Of a stretch of DNA of 64,000 nt, positions 51,536-64,000 are shown one piece after another; position 1 is the first letter of the stretch, and each line of letters starts with the position of its first letter. Made by a program: the position numbers and the translations under genes. Origin of the DNA: Paramecium tetraurelia. Its lineage: Eukaryota. Under the pieces are notes generated by a model. It worked only from the letters and a program-made list of their open reading frames with translations. It was not told the DNA's origin and searched no databases. The DNA is taken from assembly GCA_000165425.1 (NCBI GenBank), contig CT868036.1, positions 62,001 through 126,000 of the forward strand, read 5' to 3'.

Positions 51536-54500
51536 TTATTTTTTTGAAATCTTCAATTTACCATGTAATTCATTCAAAATCTTGTGAAAGTCATGATGTT
51601 CTCTTCTTGTTTAAAATCGAGACTAAGATATCTTACTTCTAGTTGTGAGCATTTCTTTCTTCTCAGCATAATCAAAAAAATCTAAACTCTACCTAGTAAA
51701 AGTTCGTTTTGTATCATTAGTAGTTTTAGTTATTTTACTCTAATGAGTCCTTGATTCAGTCTTTAATCGAGCACTCAGAGCCTAAATCGAAAAATCCTCA
51801 AACAATTTTGGATTCGTATTTGTCTCAGGAGTTAGATAATCTATGATCTCTTTTTTTTATTGTCTCTACAATTCAACTTAAATTCCTTATTATCTTTTTT
51901 ATTGATTTTGTTGATTCGCCAAATCTTGTTCATGAATTTCTTGTTGATACTTACTCTATTTGATTTTCTCATCATAATAACGCAATGACGGCGGTAATTT
52001 AGGAGATATTTAAGGCATTTTCATATTGTTGCATAAACTTATTTTCCGTTTATTTAGGAAAGAATCCTTCAATTTCTATTAATTCCCAATTGGCTCTTTT
52101 TTTAATAAAATATTAGATAATTTATAGTTCTTGTTAATATGTTTAATTGAATTCTATTTTAACATGTTCTCAATTTCATATGCCTTTCTCTTTTCTTAAC
52201 TTAATTAAGGTAAAATCTATTAAAGCAATTCCAAAGAAAACAAAATGGTGGCTTTTACTTTGTTTTTCTCGTTTAATAAGGACTACCATTAAAACGGCAG
52301 GGGATTATGAATTGAAAATTCGCAAATTTGAATAAATTCCGTTGTAAATACTTTTACAGTATCATCGACGCATCCAGTAATTAAGAGTTAAGTCTTTTTA
52401 CGAAACAGTATTTCATATGGATCTATGTAAAGGAAGTTTAATTAAATAATCATGTCATTGTGGATTTAATCTGCAGTTTCAAGTTACTCATCAAATGAAA
52501 ATATAGAATCCTTAAAGGTATGAGTGATGTCTAATTCCGGATTGTCTTTCAATCCCTTTAGAATACTGAATCTGATTAAGGAATTCCTGAACTTTTGTTT
52601 GATTTTACTGCTCTACTCAAATTTAGATTCTCTCTTTTTGAATTGATCTTTAATCAAACGATTCTGGACTATTTGATAATTATCGATAAAGTTTCCTTGC
52701 AATTTATTGTAGACCACTCTATAGGGATTATAATTAGGCCTTTGATTAATCTGATCAAGTTTCTTGGCTACATTCTAAACTATTAAGAAGAATTCTTACT
52801 TTCTTTTCAAGTAATTATGTAAGATTAAACACTAAGGCTGATCCTCTGTTTGTTGCAATGTATAATTTAAGTTCTTCTTAATGAAATTGGACTAATAAGC
52901 GAGAGGCAAAAGATCCATGAGTCATTAACTTATATTTGTTATTGAAAAGGTGCTTAACTTCTATTTGTTCATCCCCTTCATCATATAATTCGATTAACTC
53001 CAATGATGTTTTCGAAAACAAATTGCTCATGATACTTATACGATCTGGGTATACACTCTTTAGTTTTTAAATCAAAACAGCCTTCACAATATTGAAATGT
53101 CCTTCTAAAGTGCATTACAATTTATCATTCTTCTAAACCAATTAAAATATAAAGATATCTGCTTAATTAGTGCCTATGATTAAGAGAGGCAGAGAATCAC
53201 AAAATATCATTGAGGTAACTATAGCATTGTCTTCTAATTATATTTGGATTGACACACAATAATATTCCAAATTCCAAATTTAGATGAAATCCTCATAACT
53301 TACAGCCAATAAACCCTGTGCAATTGAGAGTTGACAAATACTAATAAGAATATTCACTGATAATTGACGTATTGCCCATTTGTCCTTGTAAATGTTATCC
53401 TTGCAAACATTCAATTGAGTAAGAGGTAAGCATTTCAATATTCCTTACATTGACACAATATGTCAGTATGTCAGATTTTGTAGGCTTCATCATATTAAAT
53501 GGATTGGATCTCATCTTAATAAAAGGATTCCCATTTTTCCAAGATTTGACCGTGTTTTAGTGAAATCTTATACAAATCACCTTCTATAGTACCAATTATA
53601 ATAGAGTATCCATGTTCAATGAGACAAGATGCTGAGATCTCATTTTAAAAGTCACTCAAAATGTACTAAATATTTCCATTTATTATATCTTAAATACGAA
53701 TATCTGCCTTAGTTATTATAATATTTCTTTTATTCCACTAATCATAGATGACTTGCTATAATTTTATTTATTTATTCAGATGCAATTGTTTTTCAAAACT
53801 CAATGTCTACAACATATTAGCAACCAAACATAATTTATTACAATAAAACATCAATTATTTAGTAAGTATTCTCGTTTATAAATTAATTGTCTGAGTCTAT
53901 TACTGTGATCGTATGTCCCATAAGATAACCACATTTTTATTGTCGATGGAGATCAGCAATGCAGTTTATTCTATGTGTTCAATGCACTAAACAGTTGAAG
54001 AATGACCTACCAATTAGCATTTCAAATTATAATCATTATATTAAGCATGTAATTCGTAACAGGAGATGTAATTGTTGAATCCTATGGTGAAGATCAATTA
54101 GAACTGTCTACTGCAAACAACTTGATAGAGTATTTGATGAGATACTTAGAATTTAAACAAAAACTTTTATTCGAACATATCCCAACAACTAATGATATTG
54201 GGATTTGAGGATACTAATAGCATTTGTAAATGCATAACTTCTAATAATTGAATGATCCCTCCAGAAAATACTTGGTTTTATACATTTTAATATTTTCCTT
54301 ATTCCAGATTCCATATTTGTAAACTGTTATTTGCTGAGGTTATCCATTAATCTTAGATTTCTAAATACGAAATAAGTTGTAGTTCTAATTAGGTTTCGAT
54401 TTGATAGTCGTACTAATAGTTGTCCCTTTTATCCCAGAAGATCAAGGTGTTATTGCGTAGTAGTACTCCTAATCGTTATTGTCTTGTGGAATAAATAACC

Positions 54501-55110
54501 ATAGACTACAAAATTGCCGTCTATCATATTCCTGGGTTGGAGCATTTTCTTGAATTGGAATTCGTGTAACATGCAAACGCTCTCGCAAAATTAAAGAATC
54601 AAGAACATGTCGTTGTCGCCTTTGATTCCATAAATGACTTGATTGTTCATGTGGATATTTTCAATTTTGAGCTAAGTTTGCAATCTTCTAAGCATGCTTG
54701 GGTTGAGGGCCTAAGATTTCAGGAGGTTAAATTTCGATGTCAGTTAAAACGCGGCGAGTAAGTTGAAATTTATTATTTTGTGAAGGTAGGAATTTAGCAT
54801 TAAAATATTCACTGCAAATTTCTTGACTACTTATCAAATAATCGGTAATATGTTTTAATTTTAGTATTTTTTCGTTTTGTTTAGACAGTATGTCTTGGTA
54901 GAGTTCTATGAGTTTGGAGATCAGTATCAATCCTTCGATTCCTTGTTCATCAGTCTTGTTGATGAAAAAAATGACAAATTGCTGAATGTCCACTTAGGCA
55001 TTGTGATTCTCTTTGAAATGCTCGGACAATTCGAAGATGTACTGTTGAACTAATCCCAGAGTATCAAATTCATAAACTTAATTTGATATCTACGATAAAA
55101 CTTCATCCAT
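51530..55110 (-). CDS. Large WD40-repeat protein with degenerate N-terminal EF-hand-like region
   Basis: About 3.6 kb frame with beta-propeller repeats (AVSYEDFIQIWNLE, SFASRLLVQFH) and a low-complexity tail. Confidence 0.7.
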
Positions 55111-55134
55111 AGTTATTTAATATATTAATAATTA

Positions 55135-55794
55135 TCATTGTTTATGTCTTTCTGATTCAAACTATCTCTCTGAGATCCTGGAGTCCTATTTTTGCCATCT
55201 TTATCCACATCCAAAGCATTCCAAGAGTATTTCCTGATCCCTTTTATCGATTTTGCCATAGCCCAGAACACTGAAGACCTCCCCCAACCTATTAATATCT
55301 AAATTACCCTCGCCCTTGGGATCTAGCAGTGAAAAGGCCTATTCGAGAGGATCGAAATCTTGCAATTCATTCTACTTGAGCAACTCATAGAGATCTTTGC
55401 TCTTGAGTTCTGGTTTGCCCTGAGTCAAGGCTTTGTATTCACTTTTGGGGAAGTTGGGATTGATGGCAGGGATTTTCTTTTTTAATTCAAGTAACGAAAT
55501 CTTGGTGCCTTTGTTTTTCTCATCCAGGATTTTGAATGCTTTTTCGATTTCTTCGAGTGTGATTTTGACTCCGTCGACTTGTTTGCTTTTTTCATTTAGT
55601 TCTATAAGTCCTGCATCTTGGAGAGCTTGGAAATTAATCATTTCTCTCATAGGGGAGACCGACTTCAAGGGAGAGCCTTGGCGAGTCTTTTCCAATTCGA
55701 GTTGTGCTCTTTGGAAATGGATGAGGGTCTTCTGCAATTCTTTGTAGTCTATGTTGGAGGCTGGATTGAGTTTGGTTGGTTTAAGTGGTTACAT
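55135..55794 (-). CDS. EF-hand (calmodulin/centrin-like) protein
   Basis: IEKAFKILDEKNKGTKISLLEL, AFSLLDPKGEGNLDINRL; last EF loop frame-disrupted (see findings). Confidence 0.8.
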
Positions 55795-55825
55795 AAAAGG
55801 AACTTGAAATTTATATTTATAAATA

Positions 55826-56433
55826 ATGAAACAACATCAGGTGCAATAGCCAGGAATAGAATTTCGGCCAATAGATTAGAAGTACTTTTTACATGAGAAG
55901 GAGAATATGCGACATGATCCTTTTGCAGATAGCTTGGAATAATATTTCTCGTTGTTCAAGAGGAGGACGATCTGTCATTTCTTGCTGTGTATTTCGAATA
56001 AGTAAAAAGGGGTATAGCTGTGTTCTTTATTGGCCTCATGATCCCTTCTATCATATTGCAAGCAGAGTATATTGAAGTTGATGTTGTTGAGGGCGTTGGT
56101 GAGTTTGAGATGAAGGATACTTGGGATCCGCCGATCAGCATATATATGTTTTCGAGATCTGACGACCTGCTAATAGACGTGCAATTGTATTTGGATGGGA
56201 AAGTGATAGAAGAATTCACCATTCAAGAACGATTGGTAATTGACACTCGATACATGATTAAGAGCGAAAAACCCTAGAGTTTCAGTAAGATTATTTTTAA
56301 CATAAGGACAGCAGTTAGACTGATGGCACAGTTCGATTTCGTCCCTGCATCCTACTTGATAATCATTGTTGCGATGCTTGTAATATCACTACTGTACTCT
56401 ATCCTCACTTATGCTCGCTACAGACAACTCTGA
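55826..56433 (+). CDS. Hypothetical two-transmembrane protein
   Basis: Two hydrophobic helices flanking a beta-rich loop; one tiny intron. Confidence 0.7.
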
Positions 56434-56475
56434 ATTTTTTATTGTATTTAGTTTCTACTTTTGTTTCAATATAAT

Positions 56476-57877
56476 TCAATCCTTCTTCTTCATCGTCTTC
56501 TATTGTCCGAACCCTGTGATCGCAAAGAACCCAAACAACACCAAAGCCTGGATGTGAATCACCCAATTCAAACTCTGATGGAACTCAATAGCCTTGTTCC
56601 AATCCAGCACCTTCATGCCTGTGGCGAAATGGTCAATCGTCATGCAACTCCAGAACCAGCAAATCGCATGTCTGATCTTTTCAGGGATGCTAATTGAATA
56701 ACTCCTAATTTTACAAATAGAATTTGCTTTGAGCCTTGTAGAAGTATTTGCATATTTACACACTGATGGCCCAGAACACAAAGAACAAGTAATAAGTCAT
56801 ATAGAACCCATGCCTAATTTAGATTACAATTACTATTTACCAAACACAACTGATTAAAAATGTAACATAATATGTATGCGACCCAAACAAGTGGTTTAGT
56901 TTATCATAGAAGCAATACCTCAACCAAAGTTACACATTCGAATTCCACATCATCGTTTTCTTCATTATATTCTTTTCCATATCATAATGATAATCAGCCA
57001 CTGGAAATCTATCGCATTTCTTCGTCTCTGGATTATATGTAATTCCAAATGCATCCATGGCTGCCTGGGAGTGTTTAAAGGCAGTAAAGTATTGAAATCT
57101 CAATACCACTGAAACTGCTTGTGTGATGCACAGTTTTTGAATTAAATTGTAATGAGTCCAGTTTTCAGAAAAGTAGACCTCCGTGTCAAATTTAGGCCTT
57201 ATGAACAATTCGCCTGCCGTAAACAACATAGCCTTGAACAAGTTAATGAGGGCAGGTTTTATTGAGTAATGAGTGAAATCTTCTTTACGAATGATCAGGT
57301 TTACGAAGCTTACATAGGGAAGAGGAGCGAGGTAGAGATTGGGATACATAAAAATGTAGGATAGGAACATGAGGAAGGAATCGTGCTCTTTGATTTTGGA
57401 CCTGTCAACTGCGTAGTATATGTAACGAGCTGTTATCATCATTTGGATGCAATTATAATCCATCTTCCAACTCAAGTAATCATACTACATAGAAGTCATA
57501 CATATATGCTTACCATCAATCTATACACATGACAGTACGACATGATGAGGAATCCAACGATAAATATTGGGTAATAAGGATCTTTGAACATTCTGCCAAC
57601 AAAGTAAATTAAGATGGCCCATGCCAAAATGTATATGAACCATTCCTTAGTGATGATCATAGTAAAAAATAAGCCAAAGAATAAATTGTACAAAACTCTC
57701 TGATTTTTACATCTCAATGAATTGAAAACTATTCCCAAGGGAATGCACAGGTACTTATAATATTAAAGGGGCACAATTTACAAAGTAAAGTATCAAAATC
57801 AATAAGTCCAACTCCAAATTCACTACGTTGATTCCCCTTAACATATCCTCAATGGCTTCCACAAAAGTGACGATCAT
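56476..57877 (-). CDS. MBOAT lysophospholipid acyltransferase (LPCAT/Ale1-like)
   Basis: Multi-TM; QMMIT, WNSNVQLWLR, W|HGFY catalytic His; C-terminal KKKD. Confidence 0.88.
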
Positions 57878-58322
57878 TAATAAACAAATATATATAATCA
57901 ACAATTGTTTTCTCCCTCCCTAATATAAATAATAATAACCACATTGTTCTCATCCCAAAAACGGTTTCGCCCATCTTTAATTCGCAATCCTTACCCACAG
58001 CACCTCTACCAATCTATAATACTCTCAATTACCTTAATTACAGAAGAAATAAATTCCTATTTCCAATTAAATCATTGACTAACTGGGATCAATTAGAAAT
58101 ATTGTACAACTTATTCTTATTTTCAAGAAAATAACCATGAAAAATGGATGTGCATCATTTGAGTTCTAAATTCAATTTTAATTTCTACTCCTTAAAATTT
58201 GTTAATCGTTTATTCCTATCTATATTGTCTATTGGTTCCAAACAGCCAGTTGCGTGTATATTGATTAATCTCAATAATTTCAAATATTAACTTATCACTT
58301 GTGTTTATACTCAATAATTTTT

Positions 58323-59612
58323 ATGTAATAACCTGGAGAAGATATAGATTAATTTATACTTGGCTACAATAATTAAACTAACAACTCTTTGATTTAGCCT
58401 AACACCAATCAAGAATAACTACTAGCACAGAATGCTCGACTTTTACAACAATTACATGAATAACAAAGGATGCTTAATTTACAAAGTCTTTTCACTCAGA
58501 ACATGCTTCAAAATCCATATCATAATTAGTAAATCACACAGAACAGCAAAAAGATTAAGAGAGCCAAATCCACTTTGCAACATATTTAATCGAATGCCAG
58601 TTTGCGAGATCAACAACCTTAGATATAGGAAATCAAAGGGAATGTTAAAAATGCCTATATTAAGAAAATCACATCCCTCTTGTGTGTTGAAGGAGACAAA
58701 TTGCTTGACGAGGAATTGCAAGAGGATTTATAAGAAGATAGTTCCTCTGAAGAGCTGTCCAAAGAGAAAAAGGGTGGATTGGCAGGATTGCTAGGCTCCG
58801 CAAATGACCTATTGAATGAGGATTGTAAAAACAAACGACTGAGACAGAGTGCCAAGAAATCAAGATTGAGAAAGAAGGTATATCTGAAGCTATTGGAGAA
58901 AAAAGTATAATAATGGATTCTATTTTAAGGTAACCGATTTGGATCAGAAAATTTAAGAGTACAAAAAAACAACCAAGAAGTCATTTGAATATCTGACACA
59001 GTTGTTGATTTCACATCCGATACTTAATAGCATGATTATTGGGAATTCTAATGCCATTGATCAAATCATGCAATGCAATTAACCTGAATAAGCCCAATTG
59101 GTTATCGATTCTTATATGGTAATATTGTGAAGAAACTATAGTTTAGATGAGATATGGGACTTGCGGCATTAAAAGAAAAGATTATATCAAATACGCAATC
59201 AAAAATATCCAGAGAAACTTCTTGAAAGGAAATTACGGATTATTACTAATAAGTACCAATGATGGAGGGAACACTTGTAAGTGAACACATTAATTTAGAT
59301 GATGAGGAATTCAATAATTATGTTGAGATTGTAAAGAAATTTACAAAAATAGAAGACAATAATTTGATATACAAGGTACTCCCAATCATAGATAAATTAT
59401 TGAATCATCGCAAAGTATCTTAAAAGTATGTCTTGTTTTAAGTACATAGGTATTTACTCCAATTAAACAAAGAAATGAAGAATTTGAAATTAATTTAATA
59501 GGAAGTGGATGAGACAGTGTGTTAATTTACATAATCATTGACATTTATGCAGATGGTGGAGTTTGTCAAAGAGGTTGAGCGATTGCGAAATTTTAATAGA
59601 ACTCAGTTTTGA
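58323..59612 (+). CDS. bZIP transcription factor
   Basis: KNKRLRQSAKKSRLRKKVYLKLLEKK|VTDLDQKIQEY basic region and zipper; helical C-terminal domain. Confidence 0.8.
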
Positions 59613-59632
59613 TCATAATTATATAAATAACT

Positions 59633-60360
59633 ATGGAATTATTAAATAATGAGGAACGAGAAATGTTGGCTAAATACAATAGATATTTGACAAATGACAA
59701 AATCCAAGAACCATTGAAATACTCAGACATCTTCATGGGTAAACATGATTTAAATGACATTCCTCAAAAGACAGAAGAAAAAAAAATTCAAAATTAAAAA
59801 TTACAAATCAAAACTTCTTCTGCTAATAAGCGAGATTAATTCAAAAATATTATCAATGAATTGAATAATGTAAATTGTTAGTTACATAGATTTAGGTTCA
59901 AAGTAAATAATTAGAAAATATTTTCAAAAGCAGTTCTGTTTTCGAAGAAACATAAAAAGAGAAGCAATATGAAGAATGCGAAGTGCAAGTTTTCAAAGAC
60001 ACTACGCAATAAAAAACTAATAAGAATTCTGACAGACCAGAGAAATAACCAAAATAATCAAAATCATCGAAATCATTGTCGAAAGAGTAAATCAAAAAGA
60101 AGCAGGATAGTAAGCCCAAAAAGAATATGAACCCATCGAATTCGTAAACGACTATAGAAATCTAATAGGAATTCAATGAGTATGCTAACTATTCTTAAAG
60201 TTTTAGGAAATTGTTATAATAACTCAATAAATTGATCTAGTTGAAGAAGGTTGATAACAAATTCTTTTTCAGCTTAATTTCCAAACATGTTAATGAATGC
60301 CCCTCCTTTGGAAAAAGACTGAAAGAGGAAATTAAGGAGATATTAAATTAATTATTATGA
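59633..60360 (+). CDS. Hypothetical lysine-rich protein
   Basis: Open frame with one 20-nt intron, ending EIKEILNQLL*. Confidence 0.7.
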
Positions 60361-61819
60361 TTGAATCAATTATTCTGTGTGAATTCCATGACTTAATCGG
60401 CAAATAAGCCATTCTCTAGTATCCTCATGAGTAAAAACATCAATATCTTTTCCATTTAGATAAGCAATAAATATTGAAATATTGGGAGATTTTCTGTTGC
60501 CCAAAGAAGAACTTGGAGGTAAATTACTTATGATGTATGTATCATCAATAACCCAAGAGAGTATCAATCATAATACATCATCAATATCCCAATGGTTATG
60601 AGAAATGGTTCAGTTTATAGAAGAGCCATCTATGTTTTAAGTGTTGCGATCAAGGTGAAAAAAGAATAATTCTCAAAAAATCAAGACGCCTACTTTGAGA
60701 TCGTAAGGAAATTGGCATATGTGATATCATAACTTGAAGTCAATAGGAATTACATCTATCGAAACGATGAAAATAAGGAGGAAATACACACCCTAATTAA
60801 ACAAATATATTAGGACATTAATATAAGCGCAGAACATGAAAGCTTTGTAGAATTTGATGATTCACAATACATGTTCTTGAGATTACCATAATAACCATTG
60901 CCTCCACAAAATATCATTATTAAATATAGTCAAGTGCCATTCCCAATAGTTAATATAAAGCAAGGAGTCTAAACAGCATTCAATCCGATATTAGAAAAAT
61001 TGATACCTGAAATTAATGGCATTAATTGTGTGGGAGCAATCTGCCAAAAATTGAAAGAATTTAAGGCCGAATAAATAAAGACTGCGATTAAGGAGATGAT
61101 CGAATACAATTTAGTTCGTTTAGTGGATATGATAAAGATCACAAACATGTATGTAATTAATGAGAACTTCTTTACTCATGATTTTAAGTAGGAGGACATT
61201 CTCTAAATAGTCAATACGACACATGAAGCGTTTTTGTTGAAATTTGGATAGGCATTAGATTTTGAATTGCTTAAACAATATTTGCAGACCCTTTACATTG
61301 AAATGAAAAGAGGACTTATTCTTAAAGATTACATTGAAAATAATAAGCCCTCTTTAGAATTTGTATGTATTTTCATAAATATTCTAGATTTCTTTAACCA
61401 AATTGATTAGGTATGGATAGTTGAACAATTTTTTGAATCGAGTTCATGAATATTTTTTTATTTGTGCAAGTCAGATATAGAAAGCGTAGAATTTGGAGAA
61501 CATTTTTTTAGTTGCCCCATCTAATTATATTAAGATGAGTGAACGATTTAATGAGGAAGATAAAAATTCAAAAGAGCAATAAGAGTAATAGATGGAATGC
61601 TCATTAGAGTATTCGAAAAGATTTGAGAAGGGGATTGAAGGCTAATTCATAGGGTAGAAACTAAAGGATGATGAGAAACTGAAAGATGCAAATGAAACAA
61701 TTAAGAATATGATTTTCAATTAGGAAACTTTGGATGAAATTTGTTTAGTTTTTAATTTGGATTTAGAATAATGTCACTAATTAGTTGAGTCAAAAGAGTA
61801 TGTTATTATACACAAATGA
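60357..61819 (+). CDS. NPRL2: GATOR1 subunit NPRL2 / nitrogen permease regulator 2
   Basis: MIESIILCEFHDLIGKQAILQYP, LLPKEEL, YRRAIY, VRKLAYVISQLE, YSQVP, INGINCV; tiny introns. Confidence 0.8.
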
Positions 61820-61838
61820 TTATTAATAAACAAATATT

Positions 61839-63526
61839 TCATTATATAGACATCTATTAAAAATATTTATTTAGGTCTTCTTCTTTGATAACAGGAATCT
61901 AGGATTAGTCTTCTTCAGATTGCTCTGATTTCTTCTCTTCTTCATCTAATGTTGGTTTAAAAACATTGAACCCATTTGCAGAAGTGCTTACTATCATTTC
62001 ATAATAAATTGGATGATATCTCAATTCTTTGAGATCCTTCTATCCTTGATGCACAAACATTAATTAATCTGGAATATCATCGACATTGTTATTTTCATTC
62101 TCGACAGCAAAATCCCAGATAGACAATTTGTGATCTTCTGAGGATACAGCAATACTAGAATCACTGTTGGGTTAAAATTAGATAGAAGTAATGGCTTTGT
62201 TGTGGAATTAGATTTCAGAAATTGCATCATTTTTGGGATACTTCAAATCCCAAATTTTAAAGCAACCATCATCAGCTCCTGTAGCTACAAGAGTAGCTGA
62301 TACTTGATTCCACGAGATAACATTCACATCACAATTATGTGCTTTAACTAAAATCTGAGCTTGCTTATGCTTTCCTTCTCTAGTATCAACAATGCATAGA
62401 GATCCATCACTAGAACAAGAAGCAAACACAAAACTCTCGATTGGAGAGAACTATAAATCTTCGACACTTCCCTTATGATATTCATAAGCTTTATTCTCTC
62501 GAATCCAATCATTGTTGTTTAATTGATATAAGTAAATCTTTCCATCTGATGAACCACTGATTAAATCACCTAATTTCAAACGACTCCAATCCAATGCAAA
62601 TCCTTCATGTTAATTTTTGAATACTTTGTGGTGTAATTGTGACAAATTAAATTATGATTATTAATTTGTCAAAAGCTTTTTATATAATGGATTCAAATCT
62701 AAAATGCTTACATCTCCATTTTCATTCCAATAGGCTGCAATGGCTTATCCATTCATAGTTTTAATTCTATTGACTCCACATTTAAGCCCTGTAACACTAC
62801 TCAAATGCACTTATCCTTCTTCATCATTACTAAGATTGTCATCCTCACTATCATCTTCTGATAGAGAGGCGTCATCATCATCGTATTTAGTTTTGTGCAT
62901 TTTAGACAATTTCAATAAGTATATTTAATTTTTGGTTGGCTATGCTGCTTGAGTTCCAGCTGCCATATACACAGTGTAAGGATACTTGTTCATCTTATGG
63001 TATTCCTTATTTTTGTATTGTAATTGTTCTTCTTCTGTCAACACAAAGTCACAAGACAAACAAGGCCATTCAGTTGTGACTCTATGTAACATATTATAAG
63101 CCCGATTATCGAAATCTAAATTTTCAGCTTCATCATAGAACCACACTCTCTTTTGATTCTCCTGAGTCTCCTATTCCATACCCTTCTTCTTTCTCACAAG
63201 TTTAGATTATTACTGTAAGGGTTACTATTATTATTATGTTTATTCTGATGGTTCTTGGGATTATTCTTCCTTTTACAACATTTCTTCATCTTCACTATCA
63301 ATATTGATTTCGCCTTCTTCACTCTCTAACTAAATTACTTTGATAATTTACCATATTCATCATCAAATTCATCTTCGTATTGAATATGCTCATCTTCCTC
63401 CATTTCACTTACATCCTCGTAATCAGAATCTATTTCCTGAGTTACATGTGCATTGTCTTCTATTTTACTCTTTTTTTGAATGCATTATTTCAATATTCTT
63501 CTTCTTCTTTATGAACGAGATTGCAT
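61839..63526 (-). CDS. GRWD1: Glutamate-rich WD40 protein 1 (Rrb1, ribosome biogenesis / histone binding)
   Basis: Acidic N-terminus, LDFDNRAYNMLH..WPCLSCDF, YPYTVYMAAGTQA, EGFALDWS, SVEDLQFSP, AHNCDVNVISWN, LMFVHQGQKDLKELRYHP. Confidence 0.92.
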
Positions 63527-63800
63527 TTATAAATATTAATATCACACATTAAATTTTAATCTCTAAATTGCAAACATTCCCATCGCAATTAATTGATAAA
63601 TTAAATTTATATATCTAATTCATTTCCTTCATCATTCTATTGGTTGTATGCAACCTCCCTTGCAGTAGTAGGAATGCAATTAATTTATTGCAATCATCAC
63701 TTAAATTTAATCAATCACCATGACAATCCCCCTTACTAGAATTACCGTTTATATTTGATACAAATCAATCATTTCTAATATATTAATTTTCGACATTAAA

Positions 63801-64000
63801 ATGAATAGATTATTAATTACGGAATTGGGGGATGCAATGAGACACGAATTAATTAAATAAGAAGAACAAAAACTGAAAAAGACTGTTTTAGTAAGCAAAG
63901 ATTCATTACCTGAAATAAAATCACCAAGCATAATTAATTCATTACTCCTGGACGTGGACGATAATCCATTGTATCGCAAGAGCCTATCAGATGTGGCACT
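63801..64000 (+). CDS. Hypothetical protein, 5' part; runs off window end
   Basis: MNRLLITELGDAMRHELIKQEEQKL... open to the window edge. Confidence 0.6.

Noticed and set aside
1..64000. Retained IESs, transposons, tRNA/rRNA genes
   Set aside because: No TA-bounded insertion interrupting a gene, transposase, cloverleaf or rRNA-like segment could be identified by eye; a computational scan could still find small ncRNAs

Overview
AT-rich, gene-dense ciliate macronuclear DNA, most consistent with Paramecium (aurelia-like). TAA/TAG read as Gln inside conserved domains, TGA is the only stop, introns are about 20-30 nt (GT...AG), and many intergenic gaps are under 100 nt. The supplied ORF track uses the wrong genetic code and fragments nearly every gene. 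Manual retranslation gives about 45 protein-coding genes. They include adenosine kinase, kinesin, NEDD8, RasGEF-like, ANTH, SDHAF4, HMG-box, Myb, ArfGAP, KDM4-type JmjC, twin-CX9C, RluA pseudouridine synthase, NTAQ1, MORN, HP1-like, two HTH proteins, a PARP-type zinc finger, two tandem GSTs, Rab, cyclin, Unkempt-like, LRR, DHHC, a kinase, ePHD, ING, sirtuin, CRC/tesmin, WD40, EF-hand, MBOAT, bZIP, NPRL2 and GRWD1. There are also two clear pseudogenes and several gene-sized AT-rich holes. No rRNA, tRNA, transposon, telomere or CRISPR was seen. The most notable observations are: same-strand stop/start overlaps (including a bacterial-style ATGA), convergent genes ending on a shared TCATGA palindrome, an uncharacterised RRKSCxCxxCG motif family, a stand-alone PARP zinc finger ending in a CaaX-like tail, and a divergent RasGEF domain. 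All coordinates and intron models were derived by eye.
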